Part shown: piece after piece, positions 39,224-51,507 of the stretch
Layout: every line of letters begins with the position of its first letter
Numbering within the stretch: position 1 is the first letter of the stretch
Origin: Guillardia theta CCMP2712
Taxonomy: Eukaryota > Protista > Cryptophyta
Direction: 5' to 3'
Length of the DNA: 64,000 nucleotides
NCBI RefSeq assembly: GCF_000315625.1
Contig: NW_005434633.1
Location: 155,867-219,866 of the forward strand
Notes under the pieces: generated by a model
What the model was told of the DNA's origin: nothing
The model's input: the letters and a program-made list of their open reading frames with translations, nothing else
Database searches by the model: none
Program-made: the position numbers and the translations under genes

Positions 39224-39775
39224 CGACGACGAAGATGAAGATGAAGATGAAGAATGAAGATGAAGATGATGTTGATTGACAATAATGTTGCAGAGCACAC
39301 GATGACAGGCAGCGATGGGAATATCAATCAACATTGCCATGATCGGCGAATGCGGGAGACTGGAGAAGACCATTTCTTTCGAAGAGCAGATGGATCATGT
39401 AATAGGATCCATGAATGAAACCAGGCCCACTGGTATGATTAAGTCATGAAAGGATGACGTAGAAAACACACGCCGAGCATGTTTCTTTCCACATATGAGG
39501 TTTAACCACAGCGAAATCAACATAGAAAAGAATCGAATCGTGATAAAAAACCAACCTGAACCTGACATCTGCACAGACCAGCTGCATGATCCGAAAAGAC
39601 GTCGCCCACCGTTCATTTTTGTCGTTCCTTGCCGCTTGTGGAGATAGACTCCTTCCTTGAGCTGGTTCATTGCTGGGCACAGCTGCATGCGTGTCTTGGA
39701 GAGAACAAGTTTAACATTCCAACATTTCCCTTTCGACAGAATCGTTCAAAATGGGTCTGGAAAGCTCCAACGCCA

Positions 39776-41113
39776 TCAGAGCTTCCTGACTGGCCGAAAA
39801 TCCATTTCTTCATAGTCCTCGTCGTCGACTACCGCTCGTCCACGCGGAATCGTCATCATCTTCTCGGCTGCTGCCGCTGCCTCCTTGTCTGCAGCGACGC
39901 CACGGATCTTGGCAAGCTCATTCTCACGGTCTCCCACCTCAAAGGTGTTGCTGTCAAAGGCAGGGCCCTTCCCTATGATTCCTCTGCGATTCATGCCTGC
40001 TGCATTCCCTGCCCCACCAGCTCGCCAGTCATTTTCTGGAGGGACTTGTGGGCCCTTCTGTAAGGGAGCTGAGCCTCGCCCCACTTGACCCTGAGCGCTC
40101 CTCCAGTTTCCTCCCATCTCTTCTCGTGGCTCTGCGAGCAATCCGAACTGACCCCCTTTGGGTGACTGTGCAGCTGCTCTCCAATTGACATTCTGATCGT
40201 TTGCAGGGGCAGGCCGGGATCCCATATCTCCGTTCCTCCAACCACCTGACGGAGCCGAGCCAAAGTTGTTCCCGGGCTTGTTCGTCAAAATTCCAGGGTC
40301 CCGTCGCTCCATGTACGCCGGTCCAGGTGACCGCCCTCCGTAACCTCCTGCTCCTGGTGACGGCATCTGAGCCCCATTGCCACCTCGCCAGTTGTCTGTC
40401 GGAGCTGAGAGGATTCCACCTTGCCTGCATGCCAGTCAGGAGATATCCATGAGTGCTTGAGAAATCTTGCCTGAATCCTGCCTGAGGAGGACCGGCGGGA
40501 GGGGGCGGCCCCCCGAAGCCACGGCTCTTAGGCGGAACCCCTCGGCCATTCATCCCAGGAGGAGCCTGACCTGCCCTTGGCTTCACAAGGCCAATCTCTC
40601 GACCACCATTGCGCTCCAGCACGTCAATCACAGATCGAATCGATGGTCCAAACCCATCCTGCCTGCAAATGGCCATGGCCGATCGTCCATACCCGTCTGG
40701 TTCGTTCACCCGAGCACCCACTTGCAACAGGTAATCCACCATTTCAGCTGGTGAACAGGAGGGAGATCCAGCCCCAAGGCATGCGGCGTGCAAAGCAAGC
40801 TGGTTCTTTTGCTTGGATGTCACGTGCAGGATTGAAGGATCCACCGAGAGAATGTCATCGACTGTCGCTCTGTCACCCTCAGCTGCTGCTGTACAGAGCC
40901 GATCTGCACTTTCGTGCCTGTCCCCGTTCGAGTTAGCAAAGCTGAATATGGAACCCAAAGAAATGTAAGATATGACCTGATGACCAACGCTAGCACTTCA
41001 TCTGACATGTTTCGATTGGCAATCATCTCTTGGATGTCCACTTTTGTCAGATTTGAAAGGTCATTGGCTTCAGCTTTAATCCAATTCCATATCTGTTCAG
41101 CATCGCCTGCCAT
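39776..41113 (-). CDS. Ankyrin-repeat protein with a Gly/Pro/Arg-rich low-complexity C-terminus
   Basis: LCTAAAEGDRATV, LALHAACLG...MVDYLLQVGARVNEPDGYGRSAM, followed by GGNWR-type repeats; spliced. Confidence 0.75.
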
Positions 41114-41159
41114 GCGCGATTTTTGTTGAGAAAACAAACTTAGCAAAATTGAGATACAC

Positions 41160-42446
41160 ACGTCGTTCTTGCGGAGTCAGATTGGATGCGATTGAAGCGG
41201 GGGCCCTTTGGGTGGTGGAAGGGGCAAAAACTGATAAAAATCTATCCACGTTGTAACCTTGGGAAACTGCACCCAAACCTATGCAGGAGAAATCATTCCT
41301 TCATAATAGTTATCGTGAGGCTTTAACCTTGATTCTTGGCAACATTTAACAATTGGGCCCGGATCTCTCTCGTTAAGGAAGGTGAAAACTCAAGGACAGC
41401 TCTGTTGTCCTCAGCGAGTATCCTCGAAAACCATTCGAAGAGATTTGTGACCTGGAAGGATTTCTAAGGGAAACAAAAGCCTCTAGATTCAAGTACATTT
41501 GGTGGCGGGTTCTCTGCAGAAAAAGGTTGGATAGGGAGGGACAACTTCGCTATCTGCGAAATAATCAGTACCAACAATCAGATCATCAAACATCGTCAAA
41601 TACCTCAACGCATTCGTCGTTCTTAAATTCCACATTCTCAGGGAATTCATAGGCAAGCTGAGAAAGAGAGATGTCAGCAAGAGTGCGTGGAGGGTTCTCT
41701 ACGATCAAACACCTCCAGGCCCTCCAAATCAACTTGTCTCGTCGTCTTCAAAGAGATATTCACGGTTGCTGTCTCCAAGTTTATATCCAGCGAACTCAAT
41801 GCTGTGACTTCTGATCCGTCTCCTTCACCACTGGCCATCTTCCTTCGCAAACTCGGGGGTACATATCTCTTACTCGTACTTTCTTCCAGGGAGTTTTCAG
41901 CCTCATCCTGCAATTTCGAAATCAGAGAGTCTTTCACGCAAACAGCAAGAAAGGGCCAACCTTCGGTTCCATCGAACAATTAGAGTTTCCTTTCAACAGC
42001 TACCCAACAATCCAAAATGTTTTCCAGCAAGCTATACAGAAGCAAAAGTTCAGTGAGTACGTGAAACTCAAGAATTCAAATACAGATATCCTATACCCAT
42101 CTATCTGCATAGAAAAGAACCTTGCAGGTGTAGCCAAAAGAATTCTCAGTCCTCTCATCTACGATTGGAGAGCATTTTCACGATACAGATATCAGACTTC
42201 AGGGGTACGGTCCCGCCATTCATAAAGGATCCCACAAGTAAAAAGAAGTTGCGAAAAATCCGACAAAAAAAGGACACATCCAAGAGGGAAACAGCAACAA
42301 GCTAGCGTAACCCGATCAAGGTCAGGATGAGGCCGTTTGAGAGAGCGAAGGGGCAGAGAGGAGCAACAGGAGAGCGAATGGCGGGAAGTGAACATGAAGG
42401 CTGCGGCGCCGGGGCTGACCGCCGCCATTGCAAGAGGATGTTGCAT
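41160..42446 (-). CDS. Hypothetical multi-exon protein, possibly with a bipartite plastid-targeting N-terminus
   Basis: Coding-like fragments (EGWPFLAVCVKD..., FDDLIVGTDYF...PPYPTFFCREPATK|VTNLFEWFSRIL). AAAF followed by a Ser/Arg-rich stretch near the 5' end. Boundaries approximate. Confidence 0.45.
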
Positions 42447-43291
42447 GCGGCGCTAATGCCATCATTAGAAGGGGGTAGGGTACCTTACCCCACCAACAAA
42501 ATTCTTGCAACCAAGGGGTCATCTACTACCATACCCAACAATTTCCAAGTAAAAAAGTGTTAAATATGGGGTGCGTGTAGTCAATAAATGTGAATTAGTA
42601 GGGTAGGTAATCAAACGTACGGGTGTTTTAGCCTTGGGGGTGGGATTTACAGAGATGCGTCTGGGGGGGGGAAGGTAAATGAAAGTTGGAAGAAGATATT
42701 TAAAAACTCTCCAGTTTATTTCAATTTCTAGATATAAATTAGAAATAATGAATTTCTTGAACTTTAACCGAAATCTGACCCCTGGCGCCAAAAAGTATTC
42801 CTGGTACCCTACCGGTTACTTTGGAGGGAAATTTCTTGTCAATCAAATAGCTAGTTCTCCTGTTGAGATTTTCCGGTAGGGTTATCCATTTTGTGAACTC
42901 ATACAGACGATGGCGAAGCAAGGGGCGGGCTCGGTGGCAAGGTAAAACTTTGAAAACTTTCAAACCCGAAAACTCCATTCCAAAGTTCTCAAACTCCGGA
43001 AGTTTCGTATCGGAAATAGATCATGCAGAGCGCCGTGCACTTCTACGGCACTGAAGCACACAAGACAAGTAGACTCTGATCCTCCTCCTTCTCCTCCTTC
43101 TCCTCCTTCTCCTCCTTCCCCTCGTTGCCGCCCTCTCCTCGCCCTCTCAGATCTCTTTCATCCCCTTGCTCGGTTTCTGTTCCTGCCCCTGCCCTTAGCT
43201 CCTCCTTCCACTCGTCACTGCCCCCTCTCTTCCAGACTTTCTCCTGTGAACCTTCCCAATGTCGCCTGTGCCAACACCATCTCATCCTATT

Positions 43292-44643
43292 ATGTCGCTC
43301 TCATCACATGTGAGCAAAGAAACCCACGGGAATGGGGAGGACGCAGCTTCGTCGCCTAGTGCGTCCTTGAACCAGGGCATGGACTCGACATCAACTTCTC
43401 TGAGGAGGCTAGTCGTCATCTCAACTTCGGCACTACTTGCTGTCTCTCTCATTGTTGTCTTCGTTGCAGACAGCATGTACGAGCACGCAGAAGGCGGTCC
43501 AGTCTCGCAGCTCCAGAAGTCTTCAACAGAGATCCTTTCTCTGGAATCGAAGTTGAAGTTGCAGACCGACAAGTTGAACCAGGTCGTCAAGAATTATGAC
43601 TCGATCAAGGCGCAGGAGAAGAAGCTTCAAGTTGAGGAGGCAAAGCTGCGCACAGAAGCAAGCAGCATCCGCTCTTTGGTCCATGAGGCCAGGAACTCTG
43701 CCATCAAGACCAAGTATGAGATTCACAACCTGAAAGCTGCCGATTTCTCCAAGGCCATGTTCGAGAGCCACAGGAAGGAGAAGGCTCGAAAGAACATCGC
43801 AAAGAAGGCAAGGATGCACGCGCCTGTGAACGAAGCTCCTCACCCTCCTCCTCCCGCTGCTCGCCATCCCACAGCAGCTCAAGCTGTGCACGGAAAGGCC
43901 CCTGTCACCCCTCTCGTCAAGGCACAGGTCGTGGCTCCCCCGATGCCAGTCTATGCCGCCAAGCCGCTGATCGAGCAGGCGCCTAAGGTTGTGAGCCGAC
44001 CGGCGTTACCTCCTCGCGCTGTCAGCCCTGTCTACGTGCGATCAGTCCCAGAACATGCGATCAGAGCTCAGGTGGCGCAGCAGCAGCTGCCGATTGCCCG
44101 ACAGGTACGAGCAGCTGCCGTGATGTTTCCTCAGTACGAGATGAACGGAGAGAACTCAATCTGGAAACCGGTAAGGAAGAACGCATTGCAGCAGTGATGG
44201 CGACTGAAGCATTCACAGCTCCGCATGCCTGTAGTGATCACAAACCAGCCCAGTGACGCCTATCGTCCTCCTCAGGTGTTACAATCACCGGGATGACCTC
44301 ACTCTCTGACCTTCGTGACGTCCAGTCCCTCGATCAAGCCACCGACTCAGCAGAGCAGAACGCAGTCCGAGCGCAGCAGCTCGCCTTCCTCCGGTCCCCC
44401 CAGTATGAGCGCCGGATGAAGGAGACGCAGCGGAGGCAGATGGTGAGATCAGAGTTATGGGAGTCTTTGTTCCCCTTCTAACTTCTCTTGGCAGGAGGCT
44501 ACCAACTCTCCTTTCCCCCTCCTTCCAAGGCTCCGACCTCTCGGTAAACCCTCGCAGCTGACGTCACCTGGCTGAATCTCTCTTGCAGGCCCCGAAGCTG
44601 CGGACCCCTAGACCTTGAAGGATATTCTTTCCATGTTCGAATA
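43292..44643 (+). CDS. Hypothetical type II membrane protein with coiled coil and Pro/Ala-rich tail
   Basis: TM LVVISTSALLAVSLIVVFVA, heptad-rich region, small 3' exons with GT-AG boundaries. Confidence 0.6.
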
Positions 44644-44873
44644 AAGTCTTCAAAAATCAGTGCCCGATGATCCTTTCAGACAAGAAGAAACGACACTGAT
44701 GATATGCTGCTTGAGGTTCTGCCTCTAACTAGTTAACCGAGCAGTCACGTATGGTGACATCTTTCAGTATGCAGTGGAAGAAAACGGGCAGTTCTCGGAA
44801 ATTGAATTCACTGCTAAGTTTAATGAAGTTGCGGCCAGCAGCACCAGTTCTCGGTATTCTACAAAATTCCAGT

Positions 44874-46527
44874 TTACCGCGTGCCAGGAGCTCCGGGTCT
44901 GAGGCCTGACGTCAGAACGAGCCAACACACAGTAAACGGAAAACTTACGCTCCAGGGGCACCAGGAGATCCGCTTGCTCCTGAGCAGACAGACAAGTAAG
45001 TTCCGGCTCGTCACTCTCCCTTCCTCCCTCCCGCACCTGAGGGTCCAGCGGCTCCCGCACCACCAGGGGCACCATGAGCACCAGGGGCTCCCGTCTGCAC
45101 CTCTAGTCAGACAAGAGACAAGCACGTGGGAATGTTCTTACGGCTCCGTTGCCACCTGCAGGGCCCGCCGGACCCGGGGCTCCGTTGGATCCAGAAACTC
45201 CTGCAGTACCAGCAGGTCCGGCTTGACCCGCAGGTCCAGCAGCACCCTGTGAAGAGCAAGCCGATCATTGGTGAGCCAGGAGAGCATCACATCCTGTACC
45301 TGAGCTCCTTGCGGGCCCTGGACGCCACTCTGTCCAGGAGGACCAGCGGGGCCAGTCTGTCCGTGCAGGCCGTTGGCTCCAGCCGGGCCGGGAGGGCCCG
45401 AAGGACCATCGGGTCCCATGGGTCCGGGAATTCCTGATGGACCCTAAACTCACGTGTCAGAAACATTTCGTGGAGGAATTGGGAAGACAACATCACCTGG
45501 ACTCCAGGTGGGCCCGGAGGACCAGTGGGTCCCATAGGGCCGTCGGTTCCCTTCTGTCCTGGAACTCCTGCCGGGCCCATCGGGCCCATCGGGCCCATCG
45601 GACCCATAGGGCCAGCAGGTCCCTGGATGGAATGTCCCGGCTCTCCACGAGGTCCTTCTCTGCCTGGATCTCCCTTCAAGCCTTGAGGCCCAGGCTGACC
45701 CGGCAAGCCCGCAGGTCCCGGAGGACCGGCGGGGCCAGTGTGACCGGAGGGGCCTCTTGGACCGACAGGACCCGGGGGGCCCGGACGTCCCTCAATTCCA
45801 GGAGGTCCAGCAGGGCCCGCGGGACCAGCAGGGCCAGTCTTGCCCATTGGGCCCATGGGTCCCATGGGTCCTATGAGGTGTCAAAAGGAGAAGGTGGCTG
45901 GCACGAGGTTCTTCACTCACCGACAGGGCCCGGCAGACCAGTCTTGCCAGGAGCACCTGGATAACCACGAGGTCCACGTGGACCAGGGATGGGAGGCTGC
46001 TGGCTCAGACGCATGTAGTTCCTCTCGAGCCTGAATGCTCAAATCAGCACTGACATACCGTAGAGAACAAGCATACTACCTCTCGTACTTCCTGCGGAGA
46101 GCATGATTTTTGGTCTCAAGATCATCGAGTTCCTCCTTGTCAGAAGACTTGACGTTCTGCAGCTTCTTCTCTGCAGCGCTCAACTCGGAATATCTGACAA
46201 AACCGGAATCAAAAAACTAAAGAACGAATTCCCTCAGCTACTCACGCAGAGTTTACACGTCCTTCAAGGTAGACAACTTCTTCTTGAACAGTCGGAACAA
46301 TTTGCTGAGTAACTGTGGTGGTGGTAGCTCCACAGCCGTAAGTCCCAATGACACAATTGACAGGACCAAAGAGAGCCATGGGAGACTGGCGACCCTGACG
46401 AAATCATAAGTCAGCATATACAACTGAACCATTCCGCTCTCACGTAGGGTGTGGAAACGGTTGCAATCAGTACAGCTGCTGAAACAGTGGCAAGGAAAGC
46501 AGCTGTGGGCCGTAGCCACCGCTGCAT
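44874..46527 (-). CDS. Collagen-like protein: N-terminal hydrophobic segment, coiled-coil neck, long (Gly-X-Y)n running to the C-terminus
   Basis: Spliced: [28 protein letters not shown]|GRQSPMALF...|[12 protein letters not shown]...[14 protein letters not shown]|...[20 protein letters not shown]|GPMGPMG...|...PGAPGTR*. Confidence 0.85.
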
Positions 46528-47324
46528 GTAACCTGAAAGAAGACAAGTCAGGAAATGCAACTACCAGTCGATTCGGCAGCACTTCGCTACATGCTGCACA
46601 AAGATGTCTAGGCCTCTCTTCTCCTGATTCAAATCAAATACATCGACTACAACTGTTTTCAATGACTGCATCGACATGCTTTAAACCCCATACTTCGAAC
46701 AAAAAGCCATGAAACCCCTTCACTCTCCACTCGATCCGAACAGATAGTACACTTCTTGTCAGGTTGCAAGCAACTGGATGTCCTCCACACAACAGCAAAG
46801 CATTGCAGCAACTCCAACTATCACTCATGATACATTCAATTTTCATCGCTCATGCAAATGTCCATTGTCCTTCCTGCTATCTCTTATTCACAGTCTCACA
46901 GCCTCTCATTGAAACTTTGCATGCCTGAAAGCTTTCTGGTAGTTCCTTCATTGCTAGTCTAGCTGTTCATTCGCATCCTTCTAAATTCCTGTATCGTTTA
47001 TATATTGATACCATACGTTTCCTCTTTTCATATTTCAATACCCTTGCCTACAATTTTCGCTTGCAACCGAACACAACATAGCTTCAGGTGAGAAAGAACC
47101 TTCAACTCATCCCTTCAACGGTCCCTCCTTCCTCTCCTTTCAGCTCTCTTCTTCTGTCTCATTGTTTCTTCCTCCTCTTGCGACGTCACTCTCCCCGTGC
47201 TCTCTACCACCACCTCCTCCTCCTCCGGCCCCGCTTACCTCGCCCTCTGCTCATGACGCTTAGCTCCACTGCGAAGAGCCGCGCTAAAAATCACTCAAAT
47301 GTGACGGTTATTTCACGGTTATTC

Positions 47325-47615
47325 CATTTCGGCGGACTCCCGGGCCCGAGCCCGGCCGGGACCGCCGGGTGCCGGGCAGCCTGAGGCAGTCACAGTCACT
47401 GCCACGGTCCGGCGGCCCGGAGCCTCCGAAGCGGCTCAGCCCTCCGAGCGTGATGATCCGGGGTGACGGTGTCGGACCGGGAGAGCCGGGCCCGCTGTCC
47501 ATCAGTGCTTAACTTTGAGTAAAGAAGAAGTGCGGCAGTGACTTGTGACTTGCACGGTGATCAGAGCAAACTTGCTGGACAGGCGAGTCCGGCCCGGGGC
47601 CAAGCCTGGACGTGT
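47325..47615. repeat. GC-rich CCGG/CAGT-motif element (probable dispersed repeat)
   Basis: Abrupt GC-rich block with many CCGG/GGCC palindromes and cagt(c/g)ac motifs. A compositionally similar block lies at 52540-52680. Confidence 0.4.
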
Positions 47616-48226
47616 TAAGGGTATTGTTGATAGATGTGATATGTATAGTTATACATGGTAATGGGATTTAACTGACAGTTTCTAGATGGGTAGGGTACAG
47701 GGTAGGGTAGGCCTGGAGGGGGGGTGGTAGAGACTGCCGATACGGGTGTGAAGTTTTATCGGGGGACGATCCTGTCTGTTGTATCCTTACGTAAGCCCAT
47801 GTGATCTTGACTTGTGTTGCTTCTTCTGATCTCAACATCTCTCTTTGCTCTCTACCCTATGCTCGTGCTCACCTACCTGCGTACGTTCTCCTCTTTTCTC
47901 AATCCTGTTCATTATCTCCAACCATTCCCTCTACTCTCAGTCAAGATTCATCACTCTGTGTCTTCCTCCTCCCCCCGTACTTTTTGAAGAGGAAATTAAA
48001 AAAGTCAAGGCAAGGAAGGGGACGTAAACAAGATGAGCGCAGGAGAAGCAGCAGATCAATTTCCTAGAAGCTCTTGAACAAGAGTAAGGCTAGTGTAGAG
48101 GTAGTGTAGAGGTCTCTCTGCTGATCCAGGATGCAGGTCTGAGGCTCGGAGGGGAGACGATTGGCGTGAGCGAAGGCTGTGAGGAGAGGAGATTCCTGTC
48201 CTTGCGCTGGAGGCGGCACAGGAAGG

Positions 48227-51200
48227 ATGAGGTGCTTCCGGAGCTCGTCTTCATCTCGAGTGACACCGGAGAACAAGCAAGCAGAGGTGGACCTAGAGAA
48301 AGCAAGGGAGAAGATCTCAGAACTGGTCCAGAGGCTGGCTAGCTTGTCGAGGGAGAATCAAGAGCTCAAGGCGAAGACGGATGATACTGGCACTGGCTCC
48401 TACTCCTCACTTGAGCAAAGGTCGGAGCAGGCGACTGGGAAGATCTCAGAGCTGGAAGGAAAGCTCAAGATCTTGGTGGAAGACAATAACAAACTTCAAG
48501 CGGCACTCCAGCTGGCAACTGTGAAGGACCCGCCTGCCAGCCTTCACGAGACCCAGCAGAGCATGTCGATCATGTCAAGCCCGAGGCCTCAGCCACAGCC
48601 TACAACAACAGATCGTGTCACATCTTGGACACTCCCTCAAGACATTCGATCTACCCTCCGTGAGTACTACCAAGCCTCTCAAGAGCCCCAGGGATCCAAG
48701 CTCCTCCGCAAAGACCTCCTCGTATATCTCGGCGTGGACTTATCATCCGTCAAGCTTCAGTCAAGCCCTGACAAGCTCTCGTACGAGAACTTCGAGGTCA
48801 GAGTCGCTCGAGAGTGGGAGCTTGTTCGCAAGGCCAGCAGCCTCGCCGACATGGACATCCTGCGAGTGCTGGCGGAGTGCATCCCCGGCGGGAGCGCGGA
48901 GAGTCCTCTTGGGGGGCTACAGGGGATGACGGAGGCAGCAATATCGGCTCTATGCGAGACCACGATAGCAGGGAGGCTGGCAGCAGCGCTGAGGAGGCCG
49001 GAGAAGGCTCCAGGACGAGAGGTCGGAGACTATCCAACCTCGCACAACAGCAAGTACGCAGAGACGCGAGAAGCCATGTACGGGAAGATCGAGGAGTACT
49101 ACGGGGGGCTGATGGACCGGATCGGGCTGCCTCAGACAGACCTGATGAAGGCGATCGAGGAGGAGCACTGCAAGGGCGAGGACGCGGAGGAGGCGTTTGT
49201 GACGAGCAACTACGGGATCACGACGACATCGAAGGAGGAGTGGCTCAACGTTAGAGACTCGGAGAGGAGGCAGAGGCTGTCGGACGGGACGCGGATCATC
49301 CGAGGGATCGAGGAGCTGATGGAGCACGAGACGGCGATCAAGGCAGGGCTACAGGAGGCGGAGCTGATCGCGCTGCAGCTCTACACAGGTAAGGGAGATA
49401 GAGAGCGAGAAGGAAGCTTGTAGGAGAGAGGGAATGAGAGGATATGCGGTATATGACGAGAGGCTTTGGTCTGACAGGGCCGATGTACCAAAAGTACAAC
49501 TCTGTACTTCGAGCTCCCAAAGAGCTCCTCCAAGACCCCAAGAAGATCCCCAACAAGTACACGACCACCATCCACTGCATTGTCAGCGGCGTCGTCAAGC
49601 TGTCTCGTCACACGCCTCTGCCGGAAGACCGGCGGGTGTGGAGGGGGCTGAGCGGGCTGAGGCTGCCGGAGAGCTTTCTGAGCGAGAACGAGCTCGGCGT
49701 GTCTGGAGGAGTTGAGTACGGGCTGCTGAGTACCACGACAGACGTCGGGACGGCGATCCAGTACTCCGGGGCGGGGGCAGAGCCGATCGTGTTCGAGATG
49801 AGCTGCGGGGCGATCGACCGGGGGGCGAGCTTGGCGTTTGTGTCTCAGTACCCGGGGGAGGGGGAGATCTTGTATCCGCCGCTGTCGTACTTGGAGGTGG
49901 TGAAGACGCCGCGGTACAGGGAGGTAGAGGGGAGGCGGGTGAAGGTGCTGGAGCTGAAGATCAACGCGAACACGATGAGCTCGACGATCGAGGACTTTGT
50001 AGGGAAGAGGAAGCAGCTGTACGTAGGGCTGATGGAGAACATCGCGAGGGAGGTCGAGCGAGACTTGAAGGGGTGGGAAGGGAGGATCCAGGAGCGGCTC
50101 AGGACAGCAACAGGCGATGTTTTCAACGGGTACTGTCAGTCTCTTGTGGAATCGATCATGGAGGAGTGCTGGGGTCTGGTGGAGGCGAGCAAGGGGAGGG
50201 AGGCGGAGTGGTACAACAAGGAGTCAAGGTACAAGGAGGCGATCGAGCTTTCGAACCGAGTGAAGGACATGGCGATGAACAAGCTCAGACACTGGATCGA
50301 AGACACTCAGGGAGACAGGAAGTGTGAAGATATTGCGTACGAGCCGATGCAGTCAGTGTACTGGAAGACGATGGCGGGTCTGATGTACTCGATCAGCTCG
50401 CGGACTTCAGCAGGTGATAACGGCAGAGCCGAGCTGAGCAAGAGACTATGCCGAATGTACGGCTTGTCGATCTCAAGGTCGGACATGGAGGGGGAGCCGC
50501 CGACAGTTAGGGCGATGGTACGAGGACAGGGGGAGCTGATCGGGCTGCTCAAGGCGGCCGGAGGCGACATGAACGAGCGGATGGAGGACGGGAGGACAGG
50601 GCTGCATGTAGCAGGGATGCTGGGGAGGGCGGGGAGCGTGAGGGAGCTGATGGAGGCAGGAGCAGAGGTAGGAGCGAAGGACAAGGAAGGGAAGACTCTG
50701 GTGCACTGGGCGACGGCGTATGGGCATGTGGAGGTACTGAAGACGGTGGAGCAACAATGCGGGAAAGAGGCTCTGAGCACCTTGATGTTGGAGAAGACCG
50801 ATGATGGCACGACATGCGCGCATAATGCGAGTATGGGAGGGCACTTCAAGGTGCTACGGTATGTTGCAGAGACATGTGGGGAGGAGCTGCTGAGGGAGAA
50901 GGACAAGGACGGCTGGACATGCGCGCACTGGGCGAGTGAGGGAGGGCACTTGGATGTGCTGCAGTATCTTGAGGAGAGGTGCGGGAAGGAGTTGCTGAGG
51001 GAGAAGAACAAGGACGGTAAGACTTGCGCGCAAACGGCAAGTGCTGGAGGGCACTTGGAGGTAGTGCGGTATGTTGCAGAGACATGCGGGGAGGAGCTGC
51101 TGAGGGAAAAAGACGATTTCGACAGGACATGCGCGCACTGGGCGAGTGCGGGAGGGCACTTGGAGGTAGTGCGGTATCTTGTAGATACATGCGGGGAGGA

Positions 51201-51507
51201 GCTGCTGAGGGAGAAGGACAAGGACGGCTGGACATGCGCGCACTGGGCGAGTGAGGGAGGGCACTTGGAGGTAGTGCGGTATCTTGAGGAGAGGTGCGGG
51301 GAGGAGCTGCTGAGGGAGAAGACACAGATCAGCAATACATGCGCGCACTATGCGAGTATGGGAGGGCACTTGGAGGTGCTACAGTATGTTGCAGAGAAGT
51401 GCGGGGAGGAGCTGCTGAGGGAGAGGAACGAGGACGGTGAGACTTGCTTGACTTTGGCTCGTACGTCAGAGGTTGAGGATTACCTTAGAGGTTTAGGTAT
51501 CGACTAA
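48227..51507 (+). CDS. Coiled-coil + NAD:arginine-type (R-S-E clade) mono-ADP-ribosyltransferase + C-terminal ankyrin array; single intron 49389-49477
   Basis: The intron joins LIALQLYT-G-PMYQKYNSVLR in phase. ART motifs VWRGL (R), LLSTT (S) and SQYPGEGEILYPP (E-x-E). About 10 ankyrin repeats follow. Confidence 0.88.
50776..51460 (+). repeat. 105-bp tandem repeat encoding 35-aa ankyrin units
   Basis: gaggagctgctgaggga (or a close variant) recurs at 50881, 50986, 51091, 51196, 51301 and 51406, an exact 105-bp period. Confidence 0.95.

Noticed and set aside
50307-51369. Long antisense ORFs (342 aa and others) over the ankyrin array
   Set aside because: Shadows of the repetitive purine-rich sense strand, with no independent motifs.
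50776-51460. Regularly spaced repeats as a CRISPR-like array
   Set aside because: The units are in-frame ankyrin coding repeats without unique spacers, there are no cas genes, and the context is eukaryotic.
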